Numbered from the stretch's first letter, positions 10,677-22,169 are shown. The stretch: 64,000 nt of DNA from Desulfatiglandales bacterium (GCA_963667015.2 CAXXJJ010000001.1:1824001-1888000), one strand, 5' to 3'. Notes: generated by a model from the letters alone, not told the origin. A program made the numbers and translations.

Positions 10677-12794
10677 TCAAGTGGTTATCTCTGGTGAAGT
10701 GGCAAGGATAGTCTTAATTAGGTGATGTTCAGGCTGCCTGAGATCAGGATCTGCCCTGAAAATGCTTTTTGCCATATCTCCGGCCCTTTTAAACAGGTCA
10801 TGGTGGTTGAGTATGTCGCTTATCTCAAACTCACTGAAACCGGATTGCCTTATGCCGGTTATTTCCCCATATCCCCGGAATTCCATATCTTTTTTTGCAA
10901 TCTCAAAGCCGTCCTGACATTCTGTCATTACTTCAAGTCTATTCCGGGTCTTTTCCGACGGGTTTTCCTGTGATACCAGTATACATGTGCCTCCTTTGCC
11001 GTCCCTTCCTATCCTTCCGCGCAGCTGGTGAAGCTGGGCAAGACCAAGGCGTTCAGGGTGTTCAATAATCATAAGGGAAGCCTTTGGTACATGGATACCT
11101 ACCTCAATTACCGTTGTTGCAACAAGAACATTTATTTTACCTTCCCTGAAATCCTTCAAAGTGCATTCCTTTGTAACCGGATCCTGCTGACCATGGATAT
11201 ACTCCACTCTGCATGTATTGCTCAGTATTTTCCTGAGACTTTCTGTCATTTCAACGACATTCTTCAACTCCATATTTTCAGACTCATTAATAAGAGGGCA
11301 TATGATATAAATCTGACGTCCGTCTGATATATTTTTAGTCAGTATGTCAAAAATCCATCGTTTTTTCGACCTTTCAACAAGTACAGTAGAAACCGGGGTG
11401 CGTTTACCCGGATACTGGCTTATTATTGAAAGATCCCTGTCCCAGTAAAGGGTTATGGCAATTGTCCTTGGGATTGGAGTAGCAGACATGGACAGGACAT
11501 GGGTGTTTTCTCCCTTTCCAATTATTGTTGATCTCTGCCTTACACCGAATCTATGCTGTTCATCTATAATAGCCAGGCCCAGTTTGCGAAATTTCAATCT
11601 GTCCTGGATTAATGCATGGGTGCCAATGATAATATTGTATATGCCGTTTTTAATATCACTGTAGAAATTTTCCCTGGCAGATTTGTTCAGGTTGCCGGTC
11701 AGGAGAACCGGTTTAAATCCCATTTCGGGGGAAAGTGTCTTAAAATATTCCAGGTGCTGTTCCGCAAGCAGTTGAGTGGGGGCCATCAGGGTCGCCTGGA
11801 GATCATTTTTAATAACCATCCAGGCAGCAGCAACTGCGATCAGTGTCTTTCCTGTCCCGACATCCCCCATAATAAGTCTGTTCATAGGGTGTCCGCTTAC
11901 CAGATCTTCACGGATTTCCTTTATGGTTTTTAACTGGTCTTTCGTAAGGTCAAATGGAAAGAAACCCTCAATTTCCTTGAACGCTTTTTCATCTATTTCC
12001 AGGGGAGGGACTGTGATCTTTGTTCTTTGATGTTTTTCATGTACCACCCTGAGCATCATGTTGAAAAAGCGGTCGAACAGTATTCTTTTATGAAATGCGG
12101 TATCAGCATCTCTAAGAAGATTAATGTCCATTTCTGCCCCGGGGAAGTGCAGATGTCTTATTGCCTCTCTGAGACTGGGTAAATTTTCATTTTCGAGCCA
12201 TTTGACCGGTACAGGATCAATTAAGAGATCCAGATACTCATCAAGGGAGTTTTTTATTATTGATCTTAATATCCTGTTTGATACTCCATCAATGGCAGGG
12301 TAAACGGGTAAAAGTGCAGGGGTTTCTTTCTTTTCATCAGAAATAGAAACATCAGGATGATACATCTGTATCCTGTTTCCATTATATTTTACAGTCCCAT
12401 AGGCTGATATCTCCTGTCCTGGCATACAGATTGATGAAAAATATGCCTTGTTAATATTGAACCAGACAAGTTCAAGCCTGCGCACACCTTCGCTGATTAA
12501 TATTTTGTAGAGTTTTTTTCTGGCCCTTAAGAGCTTCTCTTCTCCTGACCATACGACCTCGCCCTTTACAAAGGCGGGTTTTCCATCCGCAAGACTGTCA
12601 AAGGGCCGGGTTTTCGATCTGTCCTCGTAATCTCTTGGTATAAAATAGAAGAGATCAAGTACGGTATATATACCTTTCCCTGCGAGGAGTTTGGCCCTTT
12701 TAGGCCCCACGCCCTTCAGGTCTGAGACGGGTATGCCTGAAAAATCATTTACTATCGAGGAAATAGCAGGTGAGGGATCATTCTTTCCAGCCAT
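10677..12794 (-). CDS. recG: ATP-dependent DNA helicase RecG
   Basis: GDVGTGKT, IIDEQHRFGV, MSATPIPRT, QLHQLRGRIGR; N-terminal wedge domain. Confidence 0.96.
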   Translation of the reverse strand: MAGKNDPSPAISSIVNDFSGIPVSDLKGVGPKRAKLLAGKGIYTVLDLFYFIPRDYEDRSKTRPFDSLADGKPAFVKGEVVWSGEEKLLRARKKLYKILISEGVRRLELVWFNINKAYFSSICMPGQEISAYGTVKYNGNRIQMYHPDVSISDEKKETPALLPVYPAIDGVSNRILRSIIKNSLDEYLDLLIDPVPVKWLENENLPSLREAIRHLHFPGAEMDINLLRDADTAFHKRILFDRFFNMMLRVVHEKHQRTKITVPPLEIDEKAFKEIEGFFPFDLTKDQLKTIKEIREDLVSGHPMNRLIMGDVGTGKTLIAVAAAWMVIKNDLQATLMAPTQLLAEQHLEYFKTLSPEMGFKPVLLTGNLNKSARENFYSDIKNGIYNIIIGTHALIQDRLKFRKLGLAIIDEQHRFGVRQRSTIIGKGENTHVLSMSATPIPRTIAITLYWDRDLSIISQYPGKRTPVSTVLVERSKKRWIFDILTKNISDGRQIYIICPLINESENMELKNVVEMTESLRKILSNTCRVEYIHGQQDPVTKECTLKDFREGKINVLVATTVIEVGIHVPKASLMIIEHPERLGLAQLHQLRGRIGRDGKGGTCILVSQENPSEKTRNRLEVMTECQDGFEIAKKDMEFRGYGEITGIRQSGFSEFEISDILNHHDLFKRAGDMAKSIFRADPDLRQPEHHLIKTILATSPEITT

Positions 12795-13425
12795 GGGCGC
12801 CTATTAAATCTACAAAGCGGCATCCGCCATGTTTAACTGCTCTGTAACTGTTTTTCACCTTGACGATCTCGATCAGTTCCTGACTTGTTTTGCCGCCAAC
12901 CGGCACTACCATTCTGCCGCCTTCTGCAAGCTGTTCAACAAGGTGTTCAGGGATCTGTGGCGCCCCGGCTGTTACAATAATGGCGTCAAAGGGGGCATAT
13001 TGCTGCCATCCCAGCGTTCCGTCATAATACTTGAACAGGATATTGGTATAGTCCAGGGAATTTAACAGATACCTTGCCTTTTCCATCAAAGGGCGAATCC
13101 GTTCTATGGTGTAGACCTTTTCTGCCAGTTCAGCCAGGATGGCCGTCTGGTAGCCGCTTCCGGTTCCTATTTCAAGCACCTTTTCTGTGCCCTTGAGTTT
13201 TAAAATCTGTGTCATCAGGGCAACAATATAGGGTTGTGATATTGTCTGTTTGTGACCGATAGGCAGCGGGTGATCACTGTATGCCTCACCTGCTATGGCC
13301 TCTTCAATAAAAACGTGCCGGTGAACCTTTGCTATGGCTTGCAGTACACGGTTATCAGTTATTCCCTTTGGAATAAGCTGGTTTTTTATCATTCTTTCAC
13401 GTGCGTGTCTGTAATCGTGATTCAT
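12778..13425 (-). CDS. pcm: Protein-L-isoaspartate O-methyltransferase
   Basis: QTISQPYIVA, VLEIGTGSGYQ, APFDAIIVTAG, CRFVDLIG. Confidence 0.96.
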   Translation of the reverse strand: MNHDYRHARERMIKNQLIPKGITDNRVLQAIAKVHRHVFIEEAIAGEAYSDHPLPIGHKQTISQPYIVALMTQILKLKGTEKVLEIGTGSGYQTAILAELAEKVYTIERIRPLMEKARYLLNSLDYTNILFKYYDGTLGWQQYAPFDAIIVTAGAPQIPEHLVEQLAEGGRMVVPVGGKTSQELIEIVKVKNSYRAVKHGGCRFVDLIGAHGWKE

Positions 13426-13734
13426 TCAGGCTCCGATTCGGTTTCGTGGCTGATAGCTGAAAAAATTAATCTAGTTTCACTCAAGTTACTGTCCTTATTC
13501 TGTTTTTTATCAATTTACAGATAAATTTCTTCTTATCACATAAATCTGTTTCTAAACAAGTCAAATGACAATAATATTTTGAGTAAATGATGGAGAAAGC
13601 TGACTCACTTTGGGTCAAAAAAAGCATTTTATAAAATCCGCTGCATCTTTCCAGATGATATTTTTTGCCGCCTGAATTTCGATTCAGGCAGCAAGGCAAC
13701 CAAACAGCTCAATATCAGCATCTCTCAACTAATT

Positions 13735-15150
13735 TTAATTGACTGATAATACAGTTTCCCGGGCTGAAAGTGTCAGTTTGGCCTGGAAGATGTTGCTATT
13801 CATTTCATCAAGTATTTCACTGTAATATTTTCTTTTACTGTCATTCCATGAATAGCAGAAGGCCTTGTAGATATTTTTTTCGGCCTTTGCAATATCTCCC
13901 AGTTTCATATAGGTGCAGGCAAGCCCGTAGTAGAACTGGTCTTCATCATCCATAAGCCTGATAGACTCCAGGTAGTGTTTTTCCGCTTTTTCATATTGAG
14001 CATCCTCATAGGCTGTTCTGGCTAATGAATAGTGGTAATAAGGATTTTCGTTTTTGAGTTTCAACAGGAGGGATCTGTAGAGTTCGGTTTTGTCATTTTT
14101 GCCGGTTCTTTCGTAAAGATTTATCAGGTTGTTTAATATTGTCAGTCTGCTGTTGTCCAGTTTATCGCATTTAACTGCAAATCCCTGAAGATATGCATCT
14201 TCTGCCACTTTATTCTGGCCGCTGAGCCTGTAGGTAACACCAAGGTTTGCCCATGCAAAACTGAGTTCAGGATCGATCTTAAGCGCCTTTACAAAATATT
14301 GATAGGCTGCTGGACGATTTCCTTCTGCCATATACTTGCTTCCACTATTATTATAATGCTGCGCAAATGCACGGTTATCGGATACAGGTGTAAAATGAGC
14401 GGGATTTAATATATCTACAGGCGTCAGTTTCGAACTGGAGACCGAAAATTTTAAAGAACCGTCTGATTCCTTACTGGCCTCGCCAAGCTGGACAATCTCC
14501 AGCTGTATCACCTTTTTCAGCGACTCAGATAGGGTCACTGCAGCCCCGATATGTCGCGAGACATAAAGGACTTCTTCATCTTTTTTCCAGTTCGGTGATG
14601 TGGGTATCTCTATATATTGCGCCTTCAGCCCCACATACCTGGCCGCTGCAACAAAAAGATTAGTGAATGAAAGACAGTTGGCTGTCCCGGTATCAAATGC
14701 CTCCTGAGCAGTTTTAACATCATATATATCTATACCACTTACCGAGTCACGTTTGACCTTTTTAAAAAGGACGTCTTTGAGGGCTTCAAATCGTTTTTTC
14801 GGATCCGGGATTTTTGCAACCTTATTATCAAGTAAAGCGGTTGTTTTAGAGTCCAATGCCAGAATGTCTACATTCGGAATGGTTTCATCAACAGATTCAG
14901 GGAATATTTCTGCACCGGCGGAAGCCTGATAGGCCGGAAACCGATCGATTGAAACAGTTTTGACACTTTGAAGAGGCACGGAAGCACAGGCGGAAAGAAA
15001 GAATGTTAATAGAATAAACGGGATAAATCTAACAGGTGTATTGGTGCTTACAACCGGATAAAGAAGTCCCCTTACGAATGACGTTAATCCGTTATATATA
15101 TGCAGACACATTATGTACAATCTCCAAAAAAAAAGTATTCGGGTTTTCAA
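13735..15150 (-). CDS. TPR lipoprotein with transglutaminase-like N-terminal domain (true start probably downstream of 15150)
   Basis: Lipobox-like FLSAC; GTANCLSFTNLFVAAAR; TPRs such as YFVKALKIDPELSFAWANLG. Confidence 0.8.
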   Translation of the reverse strand: MKTRILFFWRLYIMCLHIYNGLTSFVRGLLYPVVSTNTPVRFIPFILLTFFLSACASVPLQSVKTVSIDRFPAYQASAGAEIFPESVDETIPNVDILALDSKTTALLDNKVAKIPDPKKRFEALKDVLFKKVKRDSVSGIDIYDVKTAQEAFDTGTANCLSFTNLFVAAARYVGLKAQYIEIPTSPNWKKDEEVLYVSRHIGAAVTLSESLKKVIQLEIVQLGEASKESDGSLKFSVSSSKLTPVDILNPAHFTPVSDNRAFAQHYNNSGSKYMAEGNRPAAYQYFVKALKIDPELSFAWANLGVTYRLSGQNKVAEDAYLQGFAVKCDKLDNSRLTILNNLINLYERTGKNDKTELYRSLLLKLKNENPYYHYSLARTAYEDAQYEKAEKHYLESIRLMDDEDQFYYGLACTYMKLGDIAKAEKNIYKAFCYSWNDSKRKYYSEILDEMNSNIFQAKLTLSARETVLSVN

Positions 15151-15642
15151 AAGACGCCGAATACTTCAGTTCAACTGGAGAAAGCCAATGTCTGACGAGC
15201 AAATTCAATATCCGATAATGCCTGTTGGATATTGTTCTCAGCCTAATTCGAAAACCTTATATTAGCTACTTCCGATCATTACGGTACTCCTACCTAAGTG
15301 TTTTTAAAACATCCGAAACAGAATACTTCCAATAAATCAGGAGCTAAAACTATTAATTCAATCGGCTTCAAATACGTTATAGTTAAAGAAAAAACAATAT
15401 TTTCCTGAGAAATAGATAAAAAAAAGGAGAAATTTACAGGGTTTTTTAATCGCCCAGCCTGAATGATGATACACTTTTCTATGTATTTTTATGGCTCCTG
15501 ACAGGTATGGATATGTTCTTATTTGTCCCTGGTCCGCTGCCATTTGCATTAAGGAGCGAGGTCGATTTTCTGCAAGCGATCTTTTAAGGTTTTAAATTGC
15601 CTATTGATTAAGTGTGACTCAAGAAATGTTGTTTAAAATTTA

Positions 15643-15671
15643 TTGACACAAAAATCTATCCCTCATATCCT
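15643..15671 (+). promoter_or_regulatory. Sigma70-type promoter for rlmKL
   Basis: TTGACA-17 bp-TATCCT. Confidence 0.55.
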
Positions 15672-15722
15672 CTACTCCCCAAAAGGGAAGTGCTCATTAA
15701 ATCTAAAGATACCGGGTATTAA

Positions 15723-17897
15723 ATGATGGAGTCTACATATTCTTTTTTCGCCACTGCACCAAAGGGTGTGGAGCCTATACTGGTCGAAGAGCTTAAGGAT
15801 CTTGGAGCTGCAGATGTGAAACAGGCCAGGGCCGGAGCATCATTTGCAGGTGACCTGAAGCTTGGGTACAGGGTCTGTCTCTGGCTCAGAACGGCAAACA
15901 GGGTGTTTATCGTGATCGGCTCCTTTGAGGCAAATTCGGTAGAAGATCTGTATGACGGTATCCGGAACATCGACTGGTCGGATCATATGTCTCCGGAGAA
16001 TACCCTTGCGGTTGATTTCCACGAAAACCAGTCAATTATCAATCACACACATTTTGGTGCCCTGAAGGTCAAAGATGCCATTGTTGACCAGTTCAGAGAC
16101 AAATATTCAACACGACCTGCAATTGATACTAATCTGCCTGATATCCGCATTAACGTATTTATGAACCGAAAAAAGGTTACCGTGAGTCTTGATCTTTCAG
16201 GACTAAGCCTGCACAAACGCGGTTACCGCAGTGATAAAGGGCTGGCGCCTCTCAAGGAGAACCTGGCTGCAGCCATATTGATAAAATCCGGGTGGCCGGA
16301 AATCGCAAAGAACGGTGGTGCATTTACTGACCCTATGTGCGGTTCAGGGACACTGCCTATCGAGGCGGCAATGATAGCGGGTGATATGGCCCCGGGATTG
16401 TTGAGAGAATATTTCGGATTTCTTAAATGGCGCAGTCACCAGCCGGATGTATGGCAACTGCTGGTGGATGAGGCAGAGGAAAGAGAACTGCAGCGAAGAC
16501 CCGATATAGTGTCTGTTATCGGGTATGACCGTGATGCAGTGGCTATAAAAGATTCTATCGCCAATATGGAAAGGGCAGGGCTGCATGGACTTGTTCATTT
16601 TGAAAAGCGTGCACTTACCGAATTGATACCTCATCCCGGGACAGTGAATAATCCCGGCCTGCTGGTGGTAAATCCTCCATATGGTGAACGCCTGGGACAA
16701 TCCGATCAGTTAAATCAGCTGTACAGTCAGCTGGGAACAAGGCTTAAGTCATATTTCGGCGGCTGGAAGGCTGCTGTTTTTACGGGTAATCCGAAACTGG
16801 CCAGATCAATCAATATCAAACCTGCACAAAGCAACAGGTTTTTTAACGGCAGTATTCCATGCGATCTGATTGAATATCGTCTGAGCGCAGATTCAACAGA
16901 CGCACTGTTAAAATCTCCAGGGCTGGTTCATGATAAGGCTTCCGGTTATAAGCCTTCAGAAGAGATAAGGATGTTTGAGAACCGTGTTAAAAAAAATCTC
17001 AAGAGACTGAAATCATGGCGCACTCAAAATAAGATCGGTTGTTTCAGGGTATATGACAGGGATATTCCTGAATACGCTGTCGCGGTTGATGTTTATGATA
17101 AATGGATTCATGTCCAGGAATACAAGGCCCCTGACTCCGTTTCACCTGAGACTGCACTGAAACGTCTGAAGGATGTTGTTTATGTACTGCCTTCACTGTT
17201 TGATGTCCCTGTTGAAAATATTTTTCTCAAACAGCGTCAGAAGCAAAGGCATACTTCTCAGTATGAAAAGCAGAGAGACCTTTCCAAAACAGCGCTGGTA
17301 AATGAATCCGGGTTGAGGTTTGAAATTAACCTGGGTACTTACATTGATACAGGTCTCTTCCTGGATCACCGGCTGACGCGAGCAAAGATAGAGCGCATGG
17401 CAGCTGGAAAAAGGTTTCTTAACCTGTTTTCCTATACGGCCACGGCCACGGTTTACGCGTCCCGGGGAGGTGCAGTGTCCACCGTCTCGGTGGATAAATC
17501 CAACACCTATACCCGTTGGGCAAAAAAAAATATGTCCTTAAACGGGTTTGATCGGGGCAGGCATGTGTTTCACAGTGCAGATTGTATAGAGTGGATGAAA
17601 AAAGAAAAATCAAGGTATGATCTGATTTTTCTTGATCCTCCAACATTTTCAAATACCAAAAAGGCCGGATCAAGTTTTGATGTTCAAAAGGATCATGTCG
17701 AACTTATACTCTCGGCTGTAAACCTGCTGGCTGATGAAGGTACACTGATCTTCTCAAACAACTATCGCCAGTTTAAGATGGATCTGGACCGGCTGGGTCA
17801 TTTAAAGTTGGAAGATATCACTACGTCCACTATTTCTCCTGATTTTGAAAGAAATCCAAGGATACATAACTGCTGGCTGATAAGGCAGTACAGTTAA
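15723..17897 (+). CDS. rlmL: Bifunctional 23S rRNA methyltransferase RlmKL
   Basis: THUMP region, SLHKRGYR, APLKENLAA, DPMCGSGT, NPPYGER; second MTase DTGLFLDHR, LDPPTFSN. Confidence 0.96.
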   Translation: MMESTYSFFATAPKGVEPILVEELKDLGAADVKQARAGASFAGDLKLGYRVCLWLRTANRVFIVIGSFEANSVEDLYDGIRNIDWSDHMSPENTLAVDFHENQSIINHTHFGALKVKDAIVDQFRDKYSTRPAIDTNLPDIRINVFMNRKKVTVSLDLSGLSLHKRGYRSDKGLAPLKENLAAAILIKSGWPEIAKNGGAFTDPMCGSGTLPIEAAMIAGDMAPGLLREYFGFLKWRSHQPDVWQLLVDEAEERELQRRPDIVSVIGYDRDAVAIKDSIANMERAGLHGLVHFEKRALTELIPHPGTVNNPGLLVVNPPYGERLGQSDQLNQLYSQLGTRLKSYFGGWKAAVFTGNPKLARSINIKPAQSNRFFNGSIPCDLIEYRLSADSTDALLKSPGLVHDKASGYKPSEEIRMFENRVKKNLKRLKSWRTQNKIGCFRVYDRDIPEYAVAVDVYDKWIHVQEYKAPDSVSPETALKRLKDVVYVLPSLFDVPVENIFLKQRQKQRHTSQYEKQRDLSKTALVNESGLRFEINLGTYIDTGLFLDHRLTRAKIERMAAGKRFLNLFSYTATATVYASRGGAVSTVSVDKSNTYTRWAKKNMSLNGFDRGRHVFHSADCIEWMKKEKSRYDLIFLDPPTFSNTKKAGSSFDVQKDHVELILSAVNLLADEGTLIFSNNYRQFKMDLDRLGHLKLEDITTSTISPDFERNPRIHNCWLIRQYS

Positions 17898-17930
17898 GGA
17901 TACGGTTCTTCCCTTATGAGTTTCCTGTAA

Positions 17931-18170
17931 TTATTCCTCTTCCGGTTCAGCCCATATAATATGGTCTTTATTAATAATCAGAACCCTTTCTGAACCTTCT
18001 TCATGATCTGAATTGAGCAGGATAATAAATGGTTTCTCCGGTTTGGTGAACAGATCAGATAATCTCTCTTTGATACCTATATTTATTTTTCCCGCAAAGG
18101 TAGCGCCGTCTGTAGTCTTGACTGTAATATTTTTGTATTCTGTCTTGTATGCATCTTTACGTGCTTCCAT
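17931..18170 (-). CDS. Small hypothetical protein (Sm-like beta fold suspected)
   Basis: Strong SD (AAAGAGGAGG); RLSDLF...LIINKDHIIWAEP pattern. Confidence 0.7.
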   Translation of the reverse strand: MEARKDAYKTEYKNITVKTTDGATFAGKINIGIKERLSDLFTKPEKPFIILLNSDHEEGSERVLIINKDHIIWAEPEEE

Positions 18171-18271
18171 TCTGTTGACCTCCTCTTTTAGGTGTTTATG
18201 AATATAAAAACATCCTCGGAAAACCGGTTTAATTATACAGTCTAAAAGGATATCCGTGAAAGAATGAGAAA

Positions 18272-19351
18272 TTATTTTGTTCTATTTATAATATTTACTG
18301 TCTCAGCAAAGACTTCATCTATATTTTTATTATTTATATCAATTATCCTGTCGTTCCCGCCCAGCGGACCAAACTTGTCAGGAGAAGTTTTATTGAATAG
18401 TGCAATAACATTGGTTTTTGCAGCTGAAGCAAGATGCATTGGGCCTGTGTCAGCAGAAATAAAAAAATCCAGTGCCGCCATAAAGGATGCCAGCTGCCTC
18501 AAATTTTTAAAAGAAATTGAAAATATTTCATCAGTAATTTTGTGAGATCCGGGTGCTATAATATCAACAAGAATATAGTTATGTCCCGCCTTTATCAACT
18601 CATTAATATATTCCAGCCAATAACTGTCAGCTATTCTTTTCTCATATCGGGCATCGCGAAAAATACCGATAATGATCTTATCATCAAACTTTGCTTCGCC
18701 GGTAAGCCGTTTCAATATTTCTTTTCCTTCGTTTTTCTCGTTATCGGACAATGAAATATCCAGGTATGGCTCAGGGGTAATTTTTTCTCCGGCAAACGCA
18801 TTCATCAGTGCCAGAGGAAATAAAGCCTCATGATTGTTATCAGGAAATTCAACAACAACGTTGGCAAAGCTGACTTTTTTCTCTTCCCGAAAACCTAATT
18901 TATATTCCGATTTAATCAGTGCCTGTGAAATATTACTGCTCCCCGAGCTTTTTGTCGGAGAGATTAACAGGTCATAGTTATTGCTGTTCAACTCTTTTAT
19001 CAGGGTATAAATCTTTAAGGGATTTTTTAATGACCTGGCATTGATGGAATATATTTTATTAACATTGGGCATCTGCCCTATTAAGGCGCTGAAATCAGCG
19101 CCCAGCAGCAGATCTATTTTTGCATTGGGTAATCTTTTTTCCAGGGCCTTTATTAAGGGCGTTAAAAATAAAATGTTGCCGATGCGATGGTTAAGCCTGG
19201 TGATAAGTATTCTGTTTATATGATCAGTTTTTATCTCATCGTTTTTCAGTTTTGTATTTATAATTTTACCTAATAAGGAATACAGCCCCCTGGACAGGAA
19301 ACGTCTGATTTTTGAATGCAAAGGCCTCTTTGCCATAAAACTCTCTTTCAA
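18272..19351 (-). CDS. Glycosyltransferase family 9 (heptosyltransferase-like)
   Basis: RIGNILFLTP; FISADTGPMHLASA. Confidence 0.92.
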   Translation of the reverse strand: MKESFMAKRPLHSKIRRFLSRGLYSLLGKIINTKLKNDEIKTDHINRILITRLNHRIGNILFLTPLIKALEKRLPNAKIDLLLGADFSALIGQMPNVNKIYSINARSLKNPLKIYTLIKELNSNNYDLLISPTKSSGSSNISQALIKSEYKLGFREEKKVSFANVVVEFPDNNHEALFPLALMNAFAGEKITPEPYLDISLSDNEKNEGKEILKRLTGEAKFDDKIIIGIFRDARYEKRIADSYWLEYINELIKAGHNYILVDIIAPGSHKITDEIFSISFKNLRQLASFMAALDFFISADTGPMHLASAAKTNVIALFNKTSPDKFGPLGGNDRIIDINNKNIDEVFAETVNIINRTK

Positions 19352-19548
19352 AAATACTTTTTAAAGAACAGCAAAGTGAAATGGAAACCGCAATAAACAA
19401 AACAACATAGAAACCGCTAAATGAAAAAATGAAATTATCAAAATTAAGAAAATTAGTCAAATAAGTAAAGAGGCAGGAGGTTTGTTGTCTCTTGACATAT
19501 CCAAGCATTGAAATAGAATAATCCAGCCAAAGATTATCACTGGTTTAT

Positions 19549-20241
19549 ATGTTAAAAGGATATCTTATGTTTGAAGATCTGACACTGGAAAATATTTCGA
19601 AAAGGCAAAAAGGTATTTTGCGGCAGCCGACAAGTACCCGTCCTATCATCTGGAGGGTTGAGGAAAATGGTGTAACGGCAATTGTAAAGGATTTTAGTTA
19701 TAACAGTTTCTGGTTCAGAAATATCTTTGGCCGTTTTCTTGTCTGGCGGGAAAAAAAGGCATATGGAAGGCTAAAAGGTTTTCCCGGGGCACCTGCTTTT
19801 TTTGGTTCAATAGGCGGAACCGCCCTGATAATTGAGGAAATTCAGGGAACCGATATCAGTACCATGGAGGTTGTTAAGACCCTTGATGAAAAATTTTTTA
19901 ATAAACTTAAAAAACTTATTGATAGTTTCCATGCCAGGGGGATTGTTCACTGTGACCTGAAAAGGTCTCCCAATATTATGATTGGCAATGACGGAAACCC
20001 ATATATTGTTGACTGGGCAGCATCGGTCTCAAAATCAGAGTTAAGGATTTTTCCATTGAATTTAATCTATGAAAGATTCGTTAAGGATGACCTGAATGCC
20101 ATTACTAAAATTAAATTGAAATACCGGCCTGAGAGTGTGAGCCCTGAAGAAAAACTTAGATATACCGAACGAAGCAGGGCAGAGAAGATAATAAGGGCAA
20201 TAAGGGATAGTCTCAGAAAAATTTTAAAAAAAGTTGCGTAA
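19549..20241 (+). CDS. Kinase-like protein, Kdo/WaaP/RIO superfamily
   Basis: IVKDF, HARGIVHCDLKRSPNI, YIVDWA; TTGACA-16 bp-TAGAAT upstream. Confidence 0.75.
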   Translation: MLKGYLMFEDLTLENISKRQKGILRQPTSTRPIIWRVEENGVTAIVKDFSYNSFWFRNIFGRFLVWREKKAYGRLKGFPGAPAFFGSIGGTALIIEEIQGTDISTMEVVKTLDEKFFNKLKKLIDSFHARGIVHCDLKRSPNIMIGNDGNPYIVDWAASVSKSELRIFPLNLIYERFVKDDLNAITKIKLKYRPESVSPEEKLRYTERSRAEKIIRAIRDSLRKILKKVA

Positions 20242-20247
20242 ATAATT

Positions 20248-21288
20248 TTAATCAACCTTTCCAAACATCTTTATAATTTTAAGCCTTCTATGCCAGGGGA
20301 TCTTCCTTAAATCAGGCACAGGATGATTCCTGAGATATTCTTCTATTGTATCCACCATTCTTTTGGAAGACTGTCCATCTGTAAAAGGATGATAGTTTTC
20401 AATGATCCATTTTCTGTCAGCTTTAAACCTGTCGTACTTTAAAGATTCGTTCACCAGAAAACCCAATTGACCGGGATCTGAAAAATTTTCCCATCTAATA
20501 TTTTTTGAAAATGATTTAAATGTTATTACAGGTTTATCCAGCAGTAAAAATTCATACACAGCGGATGAAGTATCACTGATCATTAAATCTGACAGGATTA
20601 AATATTTTACAATATTATTATCATGGATAATTTCAACATTGGATTTTTCTCTGCTTAACCTTTCATACCCCGCAATCATTTCTTTATTCATAAGGTCATG
20701 AAACTTTATGAGCACCAGATTTTCTGAATCAGGCAGATCAAAAATATGATTCTTTAACGCCCCGGCGGATGTCAAAGATGGTGAAAATGTGGGGGCATAC
20801 AGGATGATCCTCTTTGCCTCGTATTTATTAAGCAGTTCCTGCTTTTCAGCCTGATAGCTGTTTTTTTGGGGGAATAACTGATCAAGTTTGGGCCAGCCTG
20901 TTTCAACAACTTCAAAATTATTATGTTTCCGGGCAGCTGCTTTAAAGCGTTCAGTAAAGTACGGCCCTTGAGTGAGGTATAAATCAAAATATTTACGAAT
21001 CTTGAAATGCCCTTTTTTTTCTCCTGCCAGACCATGAAAGATCTGAACTTTTACTCCCCTTAAATAGTGTGGTACTTCATTGCCTGGCACAAAGATAGCA
21101 TCATTTCTAAACTCATGAATTTCCTGAATACTGGATGTAAAGTCACAATCCTTTTTATAGGGGAACTTATCAATGATATCGCCCGGCATAAACCACTTTA
21201 CCTGATGATTTCTTTTTATCAGTTCATCATAAAGAGGTTTCATGATCCCAAATGCATAGGGCTTTTTACAAAAAAGAGTTGTTTTCAT
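20248..21288 (-). CDS. CDP-glycerol glycerophosphotransferase (TagF-like) family
   Basis: VQIFHG, TGWPKLD, ILYAPTF, LIKFH, MISDTSSAVYEF. Confidence 0.88.
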   Translation of the reverse strand: MKTTLFCKKPYAFGIMKPLYDELIKRNHQVKWFMPGDIIDKFPYKKDCDFTSSIQEIHEFRNDAIFVPGNEVPHYLRGVKVQIFHGLAGEKKGHFKIRKYFDLYLTQGPYFTERFKAAARKHNNFEVVETGWPKLDQLFPQKNSYQAEKQELLNKYEAKRIILYAPTFSPSLTSAGALKNHIFDLPDSENLVLIKFHDLMNKEMIAGYERLSREKSNVEIIHDNNIVKYLILSDLMISDTSSAVYEFLLLDKPVITFKSFSKNIRWENFSDPGQLGFLVNESLKYDRFKADRKWIIENYHPFTDGQSSKRMVDTIEEYLRNHPVPDLRKIPWHRRLKIIKMFGKVD

Positions 21289-21293
21289 AGCAA

Positions 21294-21977
21294 CTAAAAC
21301 ATCCTGTTTACATTTTCCAGGTCTTCAAGAAAATCTACTTCCATGCATCTGAATTTTGAAATATCAACAGCATTAACCTTTATCTGGTCATGTTGAATGG
21401 CCATTTCTATGCCTTTTTCAAAATAATCGTTGTCATCACATTCCTCTAATCTTTTAATGAAAAAATTAATATCTTTTGATGAAATAAAATTGATTCCAAC
21501 TGCCTCACCCAATCCGTTTTTGACTGTTTTGGATATTTCTTTAATATATCCTTCTGAATCCAGGGTGTATTTTACTTCCTCTTCTCCAACTTCCTGGTCA
21601 TTGACAGAAACGAAAGACTCGTTTTTATTGATATAAGGAATCAATAAATCAAATACTCTCTTATCAAAAACCACATCACCGTTTAACCAGAGAACAGATT
21701 CAGTATGATATTTTTTAAGTGCTTTCAGCAGACTTTTGGAAGTATTAGTCTGATCAAATACCGGGTTGTATATGAATATCGCATCAGGCATGCTTTCCAT
21801 TATGAGATCCTTTTTAAAACCGACCACAATGTTTATGTCATCAAAATTAAAATATGAAGTCAGATTACAGATCTGCTGTTTCATGATAGTGTCACCGCTT
21901 TTTAACTGGGTAAGCGGTTTTGGTGAAGGGTTTCCAAGACGTGATCCGATACCGGCTGCTAATATAATAATTTTCAT
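21294..21977 (-). CDS. Phosphocholine cytidylyltransferase (LicC-like) nucleotidyltransferase
   Basis: IILAAGIGSRL...PKPL, LNGDVVF, EVDFLEDL. Confidence 0.88.
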   Translation of the reverse strand: MKIIILAAGIGSRLGNPSPKPLTQLKSGDTIMKQQICNLTSYFNFDDINIVVGFKKDLIMESMPDAIFIYNPVFDQTNTSKSLLKALKKYHTESVLWLNGDVVFDKRVFDLLIPYINKNESFVSVNDQEVGEEEVKYTLDSEGYIKEISKTVKNGLGEAVGINFISSKDINFFIKRLEECDDNDYFEKGIEMAIQHDQIKVNAVDISKFRCMEVDFLEDLENVNRMF

Positions 21978-22169
21978 AATTATTTACTCGATATTAAATT
22001 TTTCATTCTTTAACATGAAAACATTATCATTAACAATAATTTTGTTCCCTTAATCAGCTAATCGCAATGTGCTTAATGAATGAGTGTACCAAATATTCTT
22101 GCAACTGGTACAACAATAAAGTAGGTTCAAAAAATCCGTTTTAAAAGAAATTGGAACAGACAGATCAAT

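Noticed and set aside
10434..15549. Small intergenic ORFs 10434-10661, 13481-13699, 15358-15549
   Set aside because: No motifs or convincing RBS; likely spurious.
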